A DNA stretch of 64,000 nt from Thermoplasmata archaeon (GTDB taxonomy: Archaea > Thermoplasmatota > Thermoplasmata > Lutacidiplasmatales > UBA184). Positions 8,164-16,312 of the stretch are shown here, piece after piece. The translations under genes were made by a program, and so were the position numbers. How positions within the stretch are numbered: position 1 is the stretch's first letter; every line of letters begins with the position of its first letter. Below the pieces are notes generated by a model. That model was not told where the DNA came from, did no database searches, and worked only from the letters and a program-made list of their open reading frames with translations. The stretch is taken from NCBI GenBank assembly GCA_021816865.1, contig JAKAWX010000001.1:252739-316738 (forward strand), in the 5' to 3' direction.

Positions 8164-8936
8164 GCGAGCCCGAGCGCCACGATCCCCCGTCCTCCGGCGA
8201 GGAGACTCCGCCGGCCGACGAGGAGTACGCGCGCACGTACGCCGCGGGGTACGAGGAAGGGGTGCGCAGCGCGCTCCGGGAGGTCCTCCAGCACACCTCC
8301 CGCGGCCACACCGCCCAGGAACTGAGGATCCTCGTGGAGAGTCGTCTCGCTCGGTTGGACGAGGAGGTCGAGCTCAAGCGAAAGGGTCTCCTCGGCCCTC
8401 CCCGCCGGCCGGCGTGGAACTCGCTCTTGCGGGCCCCGCAGCCGGCGCGGGCCTGGACCGGGCCCGCTCCCGGACCGTCGGCCCCCAGCCTTCGCCTCGC
8501 GCCGGGGACGAGCACGCTCGTGCGCGAGGAACGCCCGGCGCGCGCGGTCGCGATCCTCCGGTCGAACGCGGCCGGGTTCCCCCGGCTCGCGACCGTCTCG
8601 CTGCGCCCTCCCGACGTCCCCGGCGTTCCGCCCGACCGGCGCACGGACATCACGGTCGGCGCGACGGGAGCGTCCGCGGAATCCCGGCTCGCACCGGGCG
8701 AGATCGGCGGCCGGCTCCGGGACCCGACCGAAGCCGCCGGCGGGGCGCTCGTCTACGTCGACGCGCTCGAATTCCTGGCCACCGAGTACTCGCTCGATAC
8801 GACGCTCAAGTTCGTCCACTGGCTCGTCGCCCAGGTGCAGCAAACGGGTTCCGCGCTCCTCGTCTCGTTCGACCGGCGCGCGCTCGAACTGCGCGAGATG
8901 AGCCTCCTCGAGCGAGCGTTCGGCACCGTCGTATAG
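8160..8936 (+). CDS. DUF835-like domain protein
   Basis: C-terminal VYVDALEFLATEYSLDTTLKFVHWLVAQVQQTGSALLVSFDRRALELREMSLLERAF fits the DUF835 pattern. GTG overlaps the DUF35 stop (GTGA). Confidence 0.55.
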   Translation: MSEPERHDPPSSGEETPPADEEYARTYAAGYEEGVRSALREVLQHTSRGHTAQELRILVESRLARLDEEVELKRKGLLGPPRRPAWNSLLRAPQPARAWTGPAPGPSAPSLRLAPGTSTLVREERPARAVAILRSNAAGFPRLATVSLRPPDVPGVPPDRRTDITVGATGASAESRLAPGEIGGRLRDPTEAAGGALVYVDALEFLATEYSLDTTLKFVHWLVAQVQQTGSALLVSFDRRALELREMSLLERAFGTVV

Positions 8937-8971
8937 TCATCGGGAGCCGATGCCGACTTGCGGGGCCGAGG

Positions 8972-10486
8972 CTACCAGACCATCCTCCCGCGCCGCGCGA
9001 GAGGGAGCTCCCGCGGCGAGCGGCGTCGGACGATCCGCCACCCCTGGCGGACGGCGTCGATCCGGCCGGCTCGGTCGCGCACGAACGGCACCCAGGCGCT
9101 TCGGCCTCCGCGCCGGAGGACGAACCCGTCGCCCCCGTGCGGACGGAGCTTGAGTCCCTTCGCGGTGACCTCGATGCCCTGAAAGTCGAACCGCAGGTGC
9201 CCGCGCCGCGGGGTCACGCGGACCCAGATCCCCTCGCCCGAGCAGTACCACCCCGCGTACTCGGCGAGCGAGGCGGGTCGAGGGCCCGCGGGGGGAAGGT
9301 CGACGAACCGCGCGGTGCGGGGCAGTCCGAGGAGGCCGGTGATCCCCTCCTGGAGGACGCGGTCGACCGGGGCCATGTCGGAGTTCGCGAGGACGCAGCC
9401 GCCGACCTTCGCGTCGGGGAGCACCGCGAACTGCGAGGAAACGCCCTTCAATCCGCCGTCGTGGAACGCGAGCCGGTGCCCGTGGAAGTCCGGCCGCACG
9501 GCGATCCCGTAGCCGTAGGAGAGCCCCGGGGAGATCTCGACCCGCGGCGTCAGCATCGCCGCGACGCTCTTCGCGCTCACGATCCGCTCGCCGCCGACGC
9601 GGCCGCCGTCCAGGTAGATCTCGAGGTACCGCAGGAGGTCCTCCACGTTCGTGCGGATCGCGCCCGCGGCACGCAGGCAAGTGTCCTCCCACCACTCGTC
9701 GGACGCGACGAGCGGCCGGCCCGGATGCGTCCAGTCCGGCGAGTAGAGCTTCGTCACCTCGGGCGAGCGGAACATGATGCCGGTGTCGAACGTCGTGTGG
9801 GAGAACCCGGCGGGACGGAAGAGCTCCTCCTCGAGGAAGCTCTCGTACGTCCGACCGCTCGCGCGCTCGACGACCGCCCCGAGGAGCCCGAACCCCTCGT
9901 TCGAGTAGCTGAACTGCGCCCCGGGAGGCCCGAGCCAGCGGTACCGCTCGGTGCCGAGGTAGTCGAGCAGCCCCTCGTAGGTGTCGATCGGTGCGTGGTC
10001 GGGGTCGACCCCGACGCGCCGGGCGACGCGCGGGTCGTACGGGGGGTCGCGCCGGAGGCTGCGCGCCGAGGTGTAGTAGATCGACGGCAGCGGAGGCAGG
10101 CCCGACGCTTGGCTCAGAAGGTGCCCGAGCGTGACCTTGCCCGTCCACCTCGGCGCGGGGGTACGGAACTCGGGAAGGTGTCGGACGAGCGGGTCGTCGA
10201 TCCGCAGCGACCCCTCCTCCTCCAGTCGGAGGATCGCGAGCGCGGTGAACGACTTCGTCATCGAGGCGATCCCGTACACCGTTCGCTCGCTCGCCGGGAG
10301 CTTCGCCTCGCGGTCGCGGTAGCCGTATCCCCGGGCCAGGACGCGACGGCCGTTGCGCACGAGCCCGAGCGAAAGGCCGGGCACCCGCGCGCGACGCAGA
10401 AGGCCCGCTACGAAACCGTCGAGGGCCGCGGCGCGCGGGGACAGGGGTCGGGCGGGCAACCGGGCTCCGAGGCCCTGTGCGCCCAT
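8972..10486 (-). CDS. Serine hydrolase, beta-lactamase/transpeptidase-like family
   Basis: S-x-x-K nucleophile motif ASMTKSFTA near the N-terminus. 504 aa with a C-terminal extra domain. Confidence 0.75.
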   Translation of the reverse strand: MGAQGLGARLPARPLSPRAAALDGFVAGLLRRARVPGLSLGLVRNGRRVLARGYGYRDREAKLPASERTVYGIASMTKSFTALAILRLEEEGSLRIDDPLVRHLPEFRTPAPRWTGKVTLGHLLSQASGLPPLPSIYYTSARSLRRDPPYDPRVARRVGVDPDHAPIDTYEGLLDYLGTERYRWLGPPGAQFSYSNEGFGLLGAVVERASGRTYESFLEEELFRPAGFSHTTFDTGIMFRSPEVTKLYSPDWTHPGRPLVASDEWWEDTCLRAAGAIRTNVEDLLRYLEIYLDGGRVGGERIVSAKSVAAMLTPRVEISPGLSYGYGIAVRPDFHGHRLAFHDGGLKGVSSQFAVLPDAKVGGCVLANSDMAPVDRVLQEGITGLLGLPRTARFVDLPPAGPRPASLAEYAGWYCSGEGIWVRVTPRRGHLRFDFQGIEVTAKGLKLRPHGGDGFVLRRGGRSAWVPFVRDRAGRIDAVRQGWRIVRRRSPRELPLARRGRMVW

Positions 10487-10523
10487 AACGTTACGAACCC
10501 CCCGCGGCCCCTAGTGCCGCCCG

Positions 10524-11732
10524 ATGGACGTAGCGTACTTCACCGACTCCTACCTCCCCACCCGCGACGGGGTCGCGACGATGACGAGCGGCCTCGCCCG
10601 CACGATGGCCCGCCTCGGGCACCGGGTCCAGGTCTTCGCGCCGAGCCCCGTCGCCGGCGCGCCGAGCGAGGAGGTGACCGGGGACGGGGTGTCGGTGCAC
10701 CGGGTACGGTCGGTCCCGGTCCCGCTCTACGGACAGTACCGGTGGCCGATCTTCCCGTTCGGTCTGTTGCGCGAGGCGAAGGGAGTGGGGGACGCGGACA
10801 TCCTCCACCTTCACACCCCCGGCCCCCTCGGGAGCATGGCGTTTCTCGCCTCCCGTCGGTTCGGCCGGCCGCTCGTCGGCACGTTCCACACGAACATCCG
10901 CGAGATGCGGGACGCGGTCCCGCAGAAGTTCCTCGTCCCATTGTTCTTCCGCGTCGCGTGGTGGTACAACCTCGGGACGTACTGGCGGTGCGACGTCACG
11001 ACCACCCCTTCCGCCGCGGCCCGGGACGCCCTCGTGGGCTCCGTGCGCAAGCCGTTCCGCCGCGCGGTCGAGATCGTGCCGAACGGGATCGACGCGGAGC
11101 GGTTCACGCCGGGAAGCCGCGTGCCGGACTGGCGCATCCGCTGCGGACTGCCGAACGTCCCGCTTGTCACCTACCTCGGCCGCCTCACGGTCGACAAGGG
11201 CGTCCACCGATTCCTCGACGCGGTCCGCACCGCGGGGGAGACCACGGACCTCGTCGGCATCGTTGGGGGAACGGGGCCCGAAGAAGGGGCACTGCTCGAG
11301 CGACTGGAGCGCGATCCCTGGCTCGCCGACCACGTCCGGTACGTCGGCCCGGTCGCGGAAGAGGAGAAGGCGGCCCTCCTCGCTCAGACGGACCTTTTCG
11401 TCCTCCCGTCGACGAGCGACACCTCGAGCGTCGCCCTCCTCGAAGCGATGTCGTGCGGCGCGATGGTCGTCGCGCCCGCGAGCGGGGGGCCCGCCGAGAT
11501 CGTCGCCGACGGCGTCACGGGCCGGCGGGTGCCGATGCTCGAGCCCGGCGCGCTCGCCGCGACCCTGGTCGACCTCGTCGATCGGCCGGCCGAGCGGCGC
11601 GCGGTCGGCCTCCGCGCGGCCGCGTTCGTCCGGCGGAACGCGTCGCTCGAGACGATGGCCCGGCAGTTTATCTCTCTCTACTCGCTGCTCGACGCGGGGA
11701 GGGCTCGCTCTGGCGAACGTCCCGCTCGCTGA
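10524..11732 (+). CDS. Glycosyltransferase family 4 (GT-B)
   Basis: N-terminus DSYLPTRDGVATM.., C-terminal EEEKAALLAQTDLFVLPSTSDTSSVALLEAMSCGAMVVA (E-x7-E region). Confidence 0.8.
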   Translation: MDVAYFTDSYLPTRDGVATMTSGLARTMARLGHRVQVFAPSPVAGAPSEEVTGDGVSVHRVRSVPVPLYGQYRWPIFPFGLLREAKGVGDADILHLHTPGPLGSMAFLASRRFGRPLVGTFHTNIREMRDAVPQKFLVPLFFRVAWWYNLGTYWRCDVTTTPSAAARDALVGSVRKPFRRAVEIVPNGIDAERFTPGSRVPDWRIRCGLPNVPLVTYLGRLTVDKGVHRFLDAVRTAGETTDLVGIVGGTGPEEGALLERLERDPWLADHVRYVGPVAEEEKAALLAQTDLFVLPSTSDTSSVALLEAMSCGAMVVAPASGGPAEIVADGVTGRRVPMLEPGALAATLVDLVDRPAERRAVGLRAAAFVRRNASLETMARQFISLYSLLDAGRARSGERPAR

Positions 11733-11817
11733 CCTGAACGGACTCGCGGTCCGGTTCGCGGGCGACCGGCATGACGCGTTCTCCGCCCGCGCGCTTGCCC
11801 GGGCCTACGAGGAGTAC

Positions 11818-12774
11818 GTGGGCCGTCGCCGTACCGTGCTCGCTCCCGTCGAGCTCTCGATGGACGGACGGTCGTTCCCTCACTTCTACGCGCTGCTCGC
11901 CGACGCGCCCGAGCCGTTCGGCGAAGCGGAGATCCGGCTCGACCCGCCCGCCCCGGCCGGCCCCGCGTGGGAGTTTCTCCGACCGTTCGAGCGGGTCGTG
12001 CTGCGACCCGACGGTTCGGCGGAGGTGTGGCCGGGGCCCGACGCGGCTCCCGTGCGGGCGATCGCCCGACTTCTCTTGCGCGAGCACTACTTGGCGCGCT
12101 CCCGGGCCGAGGAGGATCGAGCGGCTTCCGGCGGGTCGCGCGTCGAGCTCGGGGGGTACGTCGGCACGCTCGGACAGAGCCTGTCGGCCTGCCGCCAGCG
12201 CTCGCTGCTCCCGTTCGCCGTGGCGGTCCTTCTCTACTTCCCCGACGAGCGGGTCCGCTACGAAGTGGACCTGGTCCGTTCGGCGCTCCTCACCGACCCG
12301 AGGGCCGGCCGGCTCTCGCCGGCGCGGCGGGCGCGACGCACCGCCCGCGTGGGATGGGGGGTGGACCGCGTGGTCGGGCGCGGAGACCTTTCGCTCTTTG
12401 CCGCCCGCTGCCTCGAGGTCCTCGTCGAGACTCCGGGCCTGACCGCGATCGAGCTCGGGCACATCTTTGGCGGGGTACGGGAGCTCGTCGACTCTGCCGT
12501 GCAGGGACTGGTCGCCCGCCAGCTCGTGACGTTCGACCACCGCACGGGGAGTTATCGGCCCCGCCTCGACGCGTTCCTCCCATCGACCGGGGCCTCGAGA
12601 ACGTCGACACCCGGCGAACTCGCCGCCGCCAACCCCGCCCTGCGCACGAGCGTCCAGGAGCTCATCGCCGCCGCCGATGCGCGCGCGACGTGCCCGCTCT
12701 GCGGGGCGGCGCTGCCCCCCGGCCCCCGGGGCATCCTCTGCGAGCGCTGCTCCGCTGAGGTGGCGGCCGGGTAG
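11818..12774 (+). CDS. Hypothetical protein with C-terminal winged-helix and terminal zinc ribbon
   Basis: Strong GC3 bias in frame 1. TPGLTAIELGHIFGGVRELVDSAVQGLVARQLVTFDHRTGSYRP looks like a wHTH, and CPLCGAAL..CERC is a ribbon. Start is uncertain (GTG 11818, ATG 11860, or further upstream). Confidence 0.5.
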   Translation: MGRRRTVLAPVELSMDGRSFPHFYALLADAPEPFGEAEIRLDPPAPAGPAWEFLRPFERVVLRPDGSAEVWPGPDAAPVRAIARLLLREHYLARSRAEEDRAASGGSRVELGGYVGTLGQSLSACRQRSLLPFAVAVLLYFPDERVRYEVDLVRSALLTDPRAGRLSPARRARRTARVGWGVDRVVGRGDLSLFAARCLEVLVETPGLTAIELGHIFGGVRELVDSAVQGLVARQLVTFDHRTGSYRPRLDAFLPSTGASRTSTPGELAAANPALRTSVQELIAAADARATCPLCGAALPPGPRGILCERCSAEVAAG

Positions 12775-12794
12775 CCGTCCCCGTGAGTCGGGGG

Positions 12795-12901
12795 CGGGCC
12801 TGTCGGGAATCTCCGCCCGGGGCGTCAAGCGCCCCGAGCCTTTGAACCCGAGTTCGCTGGCTTAGAAGGCCAGTGCTTTGTCCAAGCTAAGCTACAGGCC
12901 C
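12795..12901 (-). tRNA. tRNA-Arg (anticodon UCU) with ~32-nt intron inside the T-loop
   Basis: Minus strand: acceptor GGGCCTG/CAGGCCC. D arm GCTT-AGCTTGGACA-AAGC. Anticodon arm CTGGC-CTTCTAA-GCCAG. T stem TCGGG...CCCGA is separated by 39 nt rather than 7. Discriminator G. Confidence 0.85.
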
Positions 12902-13522
12902 GTTTTCCGGACGGCGGGCGCCCTCCTTAAGGGTTCGGTCGGCGGGCGTCGGAGGGGTCCGGCCGGCCGAAGCCACCAGGTGGGCGAGGCGGAGCGGCTC
13001 GGGCCAGTACCCGCGCACGGCCGTCCTCGCGACGAGCCGGGCCGCATCGGCCCGGCGGCACCCGACCGCGGCGGCGAAGAGCGGTTGGCCCGCGGTCGGC
13101 ACGCGGAAGAGGCGATGGGCGGTCAAAAGGCGCATGCGGTCCGCCGCGTCGCGGGGGAACCACTTCTCGAGCGCGCCGCGGATGCGGCGAAGGTCGGGCG
13201 GGCGACGGGTCACGGCGACCACCGGCAGCCGCAGCGACCGATGAATCGCGTCGAGGTCGAGCACGTTGAACCCGCCCAGGACCGCCCCGTCGAGGAGGAG
13301 CGCGCGAAGACCGTCGAGCGGACCGGTCGCACGGACCAGGGCGATCGTGCGGCGGGTCGCGTCGCGGCCGTCGACCCGGACCCGCCCGGTCCGGATCGCC
13401 TCGACGTACTGGGGCACCGAGACGACGACCGCCGCGATCGGCGCGGCGGAGTCGTCGCGGGAGAACGCCCCGTCGTCGACCGCGACCACGCGCGGATGGG
13501 GCTTCGAGAGCGACCGCCTCAA
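12887..13522 (-). CDS. DUF99/UPF0215 family protein
   Basis: PRVVAVDDGAF... matches the DUF99 N-terminal signature (GxDDGxF). Only the last ~210 codons of track ORF 12887..14746 look real. TTG 13522 is a guess at the start. Confidence 0.55.
   Translation of the reverse strand: MRRSLSKPHPRVVAVDDGAFSRDDSAAPIAAVVVSVPQYVEAIRTGRVRVDGRDATRRTIALVRATGPLDGLRALLLDGAVLGGFNVLDLDAIHRSLRLPVVAVTRRPPDLRRIRGALEKWFPRDAADRMRLLTAHRLFRVPTAGQPLFAAAVGCRRADAARLVARTAVRGYWPEPLRLAHLVASAGRTPPTPADRTLKEGARRPENGPVA
12925..12932 (-). promoter_or_regulatory. TATA-like box for tRNA-Arg
   Basis: Palindromic CCTTAAGG ~27 nt upstream of the tRNA 5' end (12901). It lies inside the 3' end of the DUF99 CDS. Confidence 0.4.
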
Positions 13523-13555
13523 CGCTAAGACCTCGGACGCGGTCGAGGCGACCCG

Positions 13556-14479
13556 ATGGCCCCGACCACGGTGGCGCGACGCTGTCCGACGTGCGGCGGG
13601 GACCTCACGGTCGCGCTCGCCGACGCTCCCCCGACCCAGTGGTTTCCGTGCCCGCACTGCCGGACCCCCGTGGCGGTCGTGGTGCCGAGGGACCCGCCGC
13701 CGCTCTACAGCTGGGAGGTCGTGCCGGGCCTTTACCCCGCGCTTCCGCTCCCCCGCCGCACCCGCTGGCGCGCCCGGCGCGCCGCGGCGATCGCGCTCAT
13801 CGCCGTCGTCGTGCTCGCGCTCGGGTTCGCTTCGATCTTCGCCTACTACGGCGTCGCGGCGGGTGAACCCGGTGCCTTCCCCGTGAACGGGATCGTCGAA
13901 CGGTCGGTCGGCGGCGTCACCGGGCCGGCCGCCGGGGCGACCGTCCTCCTGACCGAGGAAGGCGGCGCGCGGGTTTCCGCGGTCACCCTCGCGGACGGGG
14001 CGTTCGCGTTCGCGGGCGTCCCGGTCGGCAGCGTCTCGTTGAACGTCTCCCTGCCCGGCTTCGCGCCCGTGATGATCTCCACCTTCGTCTCGGCGGTCTA
14101 CGATGCCGGGACGACCGGCCTCGAGGTGGTCCTCGCCCCGGGCGCTTCGGGCAACGCCACCACCGTGAGCCTCTCGCCGTTCTCCAGCCTCGAGGGATTC
14201 CTCGCCTCGATCGGCGCGGCGGTCGTCCTCTTCGTCCTGGTCGCCGGGGTCGCCGCGGCCGCCGCGGTCGGCACCGTGCGGGCCGACCGACCCCCGCTCG
14301 GGGTCGTCGGCGGAGGGGCCGGGCTTCTCGCTCCGGTCGTCGTCTACGTGCTCGCCCTCGGGTCCGCGTTCCCGCTCGTCACGAGCGCGACCGCGGCCGT
14401 GGCCGGCTTCGGCGCTTTCGCGCTCGCGCTGCGGACGGTCGAGCTCGCGCAAACGTCCCCGGCGCCCGGGCCCGAATAA
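13556..14479 (+). CDS. Membrane protein: N-terminal zinc ribbon, CarboxypepD_reg-like beta domain, multiple TM helices
   Basis: CPTCGG...CPHC ribbon, then a TM helix, then NGIVERSVGG...ATVLLTEEGG...DGAFAFAGVPVGSVSLNVSLPGF (carboxypeptidase-regulatory-like), then 3 hydrophobic helices. Confidence 0.6.
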   Translation: MAPTTVARRCPTCGGDLTVALADAPPTQWFPCPHCRTPVAVVVPRDPPPLYSWEVVPGLYPALPLPRRTRWRARRAAAIALIAVVVLALGFASIFAYYGVAAGEPGAFPVNGIVERSVGGVTGPAAGATVLLTEEGGARVSAVTLADGAFAFAGVPVGSVSLNVSLPGFAPVMISTFVSAVYDAGTTGLEVVLAPGASGNATTVSLSPFSSLEGFLASIGAAVVLFVLVAGVAAAAAVGTVRADRPPLGVVGGGAGLLAPVVVYVLALGSAFPLVTSATAAVAGFGAFALALRTVELAQTSPAPGPE

Positions 14480-14496
14480 GGCGGTACGCGCCGCGG

Positions 14497-14991
14497 CTAC
14501 GGCCGGGATCGTGGCGACGGGGGCGACCGGGGCGTCTCGGGGATCGGGCGTCGATCCTTGTAGCTGCCCGTGACGGGGTGATAGAACTCGACGCGGGGTT
14601 CGCCCCGCTGCCAGCAGAAGAATACCACATCCCCTTCCAGTTCGCCGTAGAAGTCGACCGTGCCGCTCTCGAGGTCCTTCACTTCGATCCCCTCCGTGCG
14701 CAGCGCGGTCACCGCCTCCTCGAGCCGACGCGAGAGGTTGCCCCACTCGGCGTCGAGTCGGGCCTTGAGCTCGTGGTCGACGTGGTCCGCGGCGTCCACG
14801 TTCGCGCCCCAGAACGCGGCGAGGCGTTCGAGCTCCTGGTGGACCTCCCCGAGCCGCACCACCCAGCCCTTGAGCCGGGGCAACAGGTCGCTCAGCTCCC
14901 CGATGCGTCGGCCGGCGTCCTCGGCGGTCCAGAGGCGCGGGGGGTCGACCCGTTGGGTGTCCTTCGGTCGCACGGCCCGGTCCATGACCAT
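14497..14991 (-). CDS. DUF2203 family protein
   Basis: C-terminal GIEVKDLESGTVDFYGELEGDVVFFCWQRGEPRVEFYHPVTGSYKDRRPI fits DUF2203. TAAATA (minus, ~15010-15020) favours an internal ATG at 14991 or 14985 over ORF start 15060. Confidence 0.55.
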   Translation of the reverse strand: MVMDRAVRPKDTQRVDPPRLWTAEDAGRRIGELSDLLPRLKGWVVRLGEVHQELERLAAFWGANVDAADHVDHELKARLDAEWGNLSRRLEEAVTALRTEGIEVKDLESGTVDFYGELEGDVVFFCWQRGEPRVEFYHPVTGSYKDRRPIPETPRSPPSPRSRP

Positions 14992-15117
14992 GGGAAGCAT
15001 GACCGGCCCCCTATTTACGCCCGCGATGGGCCGAAGGTAACCACGGAATGCCAAAGCCAAGCGGCGACCCGCGATGCCCGGAACGGTCCCCCGAGCGGCC
15101 CGGTACCGACCGGGCCC

Positions 15118-16311
15118 CTAGATCACGCGGAGCTCCCGGCCGGCCTTCGCGAAGGCGGAGATCGCGAACGTGACGTCGTCGTCCGTGAGCGCGGCGTTCA
15201 TGATCGTCCTCAATCGGGCCTTCTCCTTGGCGACCATCGGGTAGACGATCGGCAAGGCGAAGAGCCCAAGATCGAAGAGCCGGTCGCTGAGCGCCTTCGC
15301 GCGGTGGCTATCGCCCACCATCACGGGCGTGATCGGGGTCTCGCTCGCACCAAGGTCGAACCCGAGCGCCCGCATCTCCTTCTTGAACCGGCGCGTGAGC
15401 TCCCACAGTCGCTCGACGTGCTGTCCTTCGGTTTCGAGGAGCTCGACCGCGGCGAGGCACGCCGCCGCGACCGGCGGGGGATGCGAGCCGCTCAGGAGCC
15501 AGGTCCGCGACTTGTTGTAGGCAAAATCGATCAGCGCCCGCGATCCCGAGATGTGGCCACCGACGACCCCGAACGCCTTCGAGAACGTGCCCATCTCGAC
15601 ATGCACCTGGTCGCGCGAGAGGCCGAAATGGGCCACGATCCCCCGGCCCCCGGGGCCGAGGACCCCCTCGCCGTGGGCGTCGTCGACGTAGACCATCGCG
15701 CCGTGCCGCCCGGCCGCGTCGGCGATCCGGTCGAGCGGGGCGATGTCGCCGTCCATGGAGAAGACCCCGTCGGTGATCACGAGGATCCGGCGCGGGGCGG
15801 GCGTCCGCTCCTCCGCCGCCGAGAGCACGCGCTCGAGGTCCGCGACGTCGGTGTGCCGGTAGACCGTCCGATCGGCGCGGGACAGACGCGTGCCGTCGAT
15901 GATGCTGCCGTGGTTGAGCTCGTCGCTGACGATCAGGTCCCCCTCCCCCACGAGCTGGGGGATGAGGCCGGCGTTCGTCGCGAATCCGCTCTGGTAGACG
16001 AGCGACGCTTCGGCCCGCTTGAACGCCGCGAGGCGTCGCTCGAGCTCGACATGGAGGTCCATGTTCCCCGCGATCGGACGGACCGACCCCGACCCGACGC
16101 CGTGGGTCCGGATCGCGTCGAGCGCCGCCTCCTTGAGACGCGGGTGGTTCGATAGCCCGAGGTAGTTGTTGGAGCAGAACATGAGGACCTTCTTGCCGTC
16201 GACCGTGCACCAAGGGGCGCTCGGTCCCGATAGGACGCGGAGCTTCCAGTCGGTCGCGCTGTCGACGAGCGACCGGTACTCGGTTGTGAGGAATCCGGTC
16301 GGGTCGCGCAT
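15118..16311 (-). CDS. kbl: Glycine C-acetyltransferase (2-amino-3-ketobutyrate CoA ligase)
   Basis: Alpha-oxoamine synthase family: NNYLGLSNHPRLKEAA, DDAHGEGVLG, GTFSKAFG (PLP-Lys). Starts 2 nt downstream of the tdh stop. Confidence 0.85.
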   Translation of the reverse strand: MRDPTGFLTTEYRSLVDSATDWKLRVLSGPSAPWCTVDGKKVLMFCSNNYLGLSNHPRLKEAALDAIRTHGVGSGSVRPIAGNMDLHVELERRLAAFKRAEASLVYQSGFATNAGLIPQLVGEGDLIVSDELNHGSIIDGTRLSRADRTVYRHTDVADLERVLSAAEERTPAPRRILVITDGVFSMDGDIAPLDRIADAAGRHGAMVYVDDAHGEGVLGPGGRGIVAHFGLSRDQVHVEMGTFSKAFGVVGGHISGSRALIDFAYNKSRTWLLSGSHPPPVAAACLAAVELLETEGQHVERLWELTRRFKKEMRALGFDLGASETPITPVMVGDSHRAKALSDRLFDLGLFALPIVYPMVAKEKARLRTIMNAALTDDDVTFAISAFAKAGRELRVI

Positions 16312-16312
16312 C

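Noticed and set aside
8972-10486. Beta-lactamase as an antibiotic-resistance determinant
   Set aside because: Only the generic SxxK serine-hydrolase motif is recognisable, and the host is an archaeon. It is more likely an esterase or D-aminopeptidase-type enzyme, with no mobile-element context.
8414-11737. 1107-aa plus-strand ORF
   Set aside because: It spans the DUF835 3' end, the antisense of the serine hydrolase gene, and an alternative frame of the GT4 gene. It is Arg/Pro/Gly-rich low-complexity sequence, and the real genes are recognisable in other frames.
13523-14746. Upstream extension of the DUF99 ORF (12887..14746)
   Set aside because: It is antisense to the zinc-ribbon/CarboxypepD_reg membrane protein gene. 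It is an R/G/D/E/P-rich artefact, and the DUF99 signature starts near 13500.
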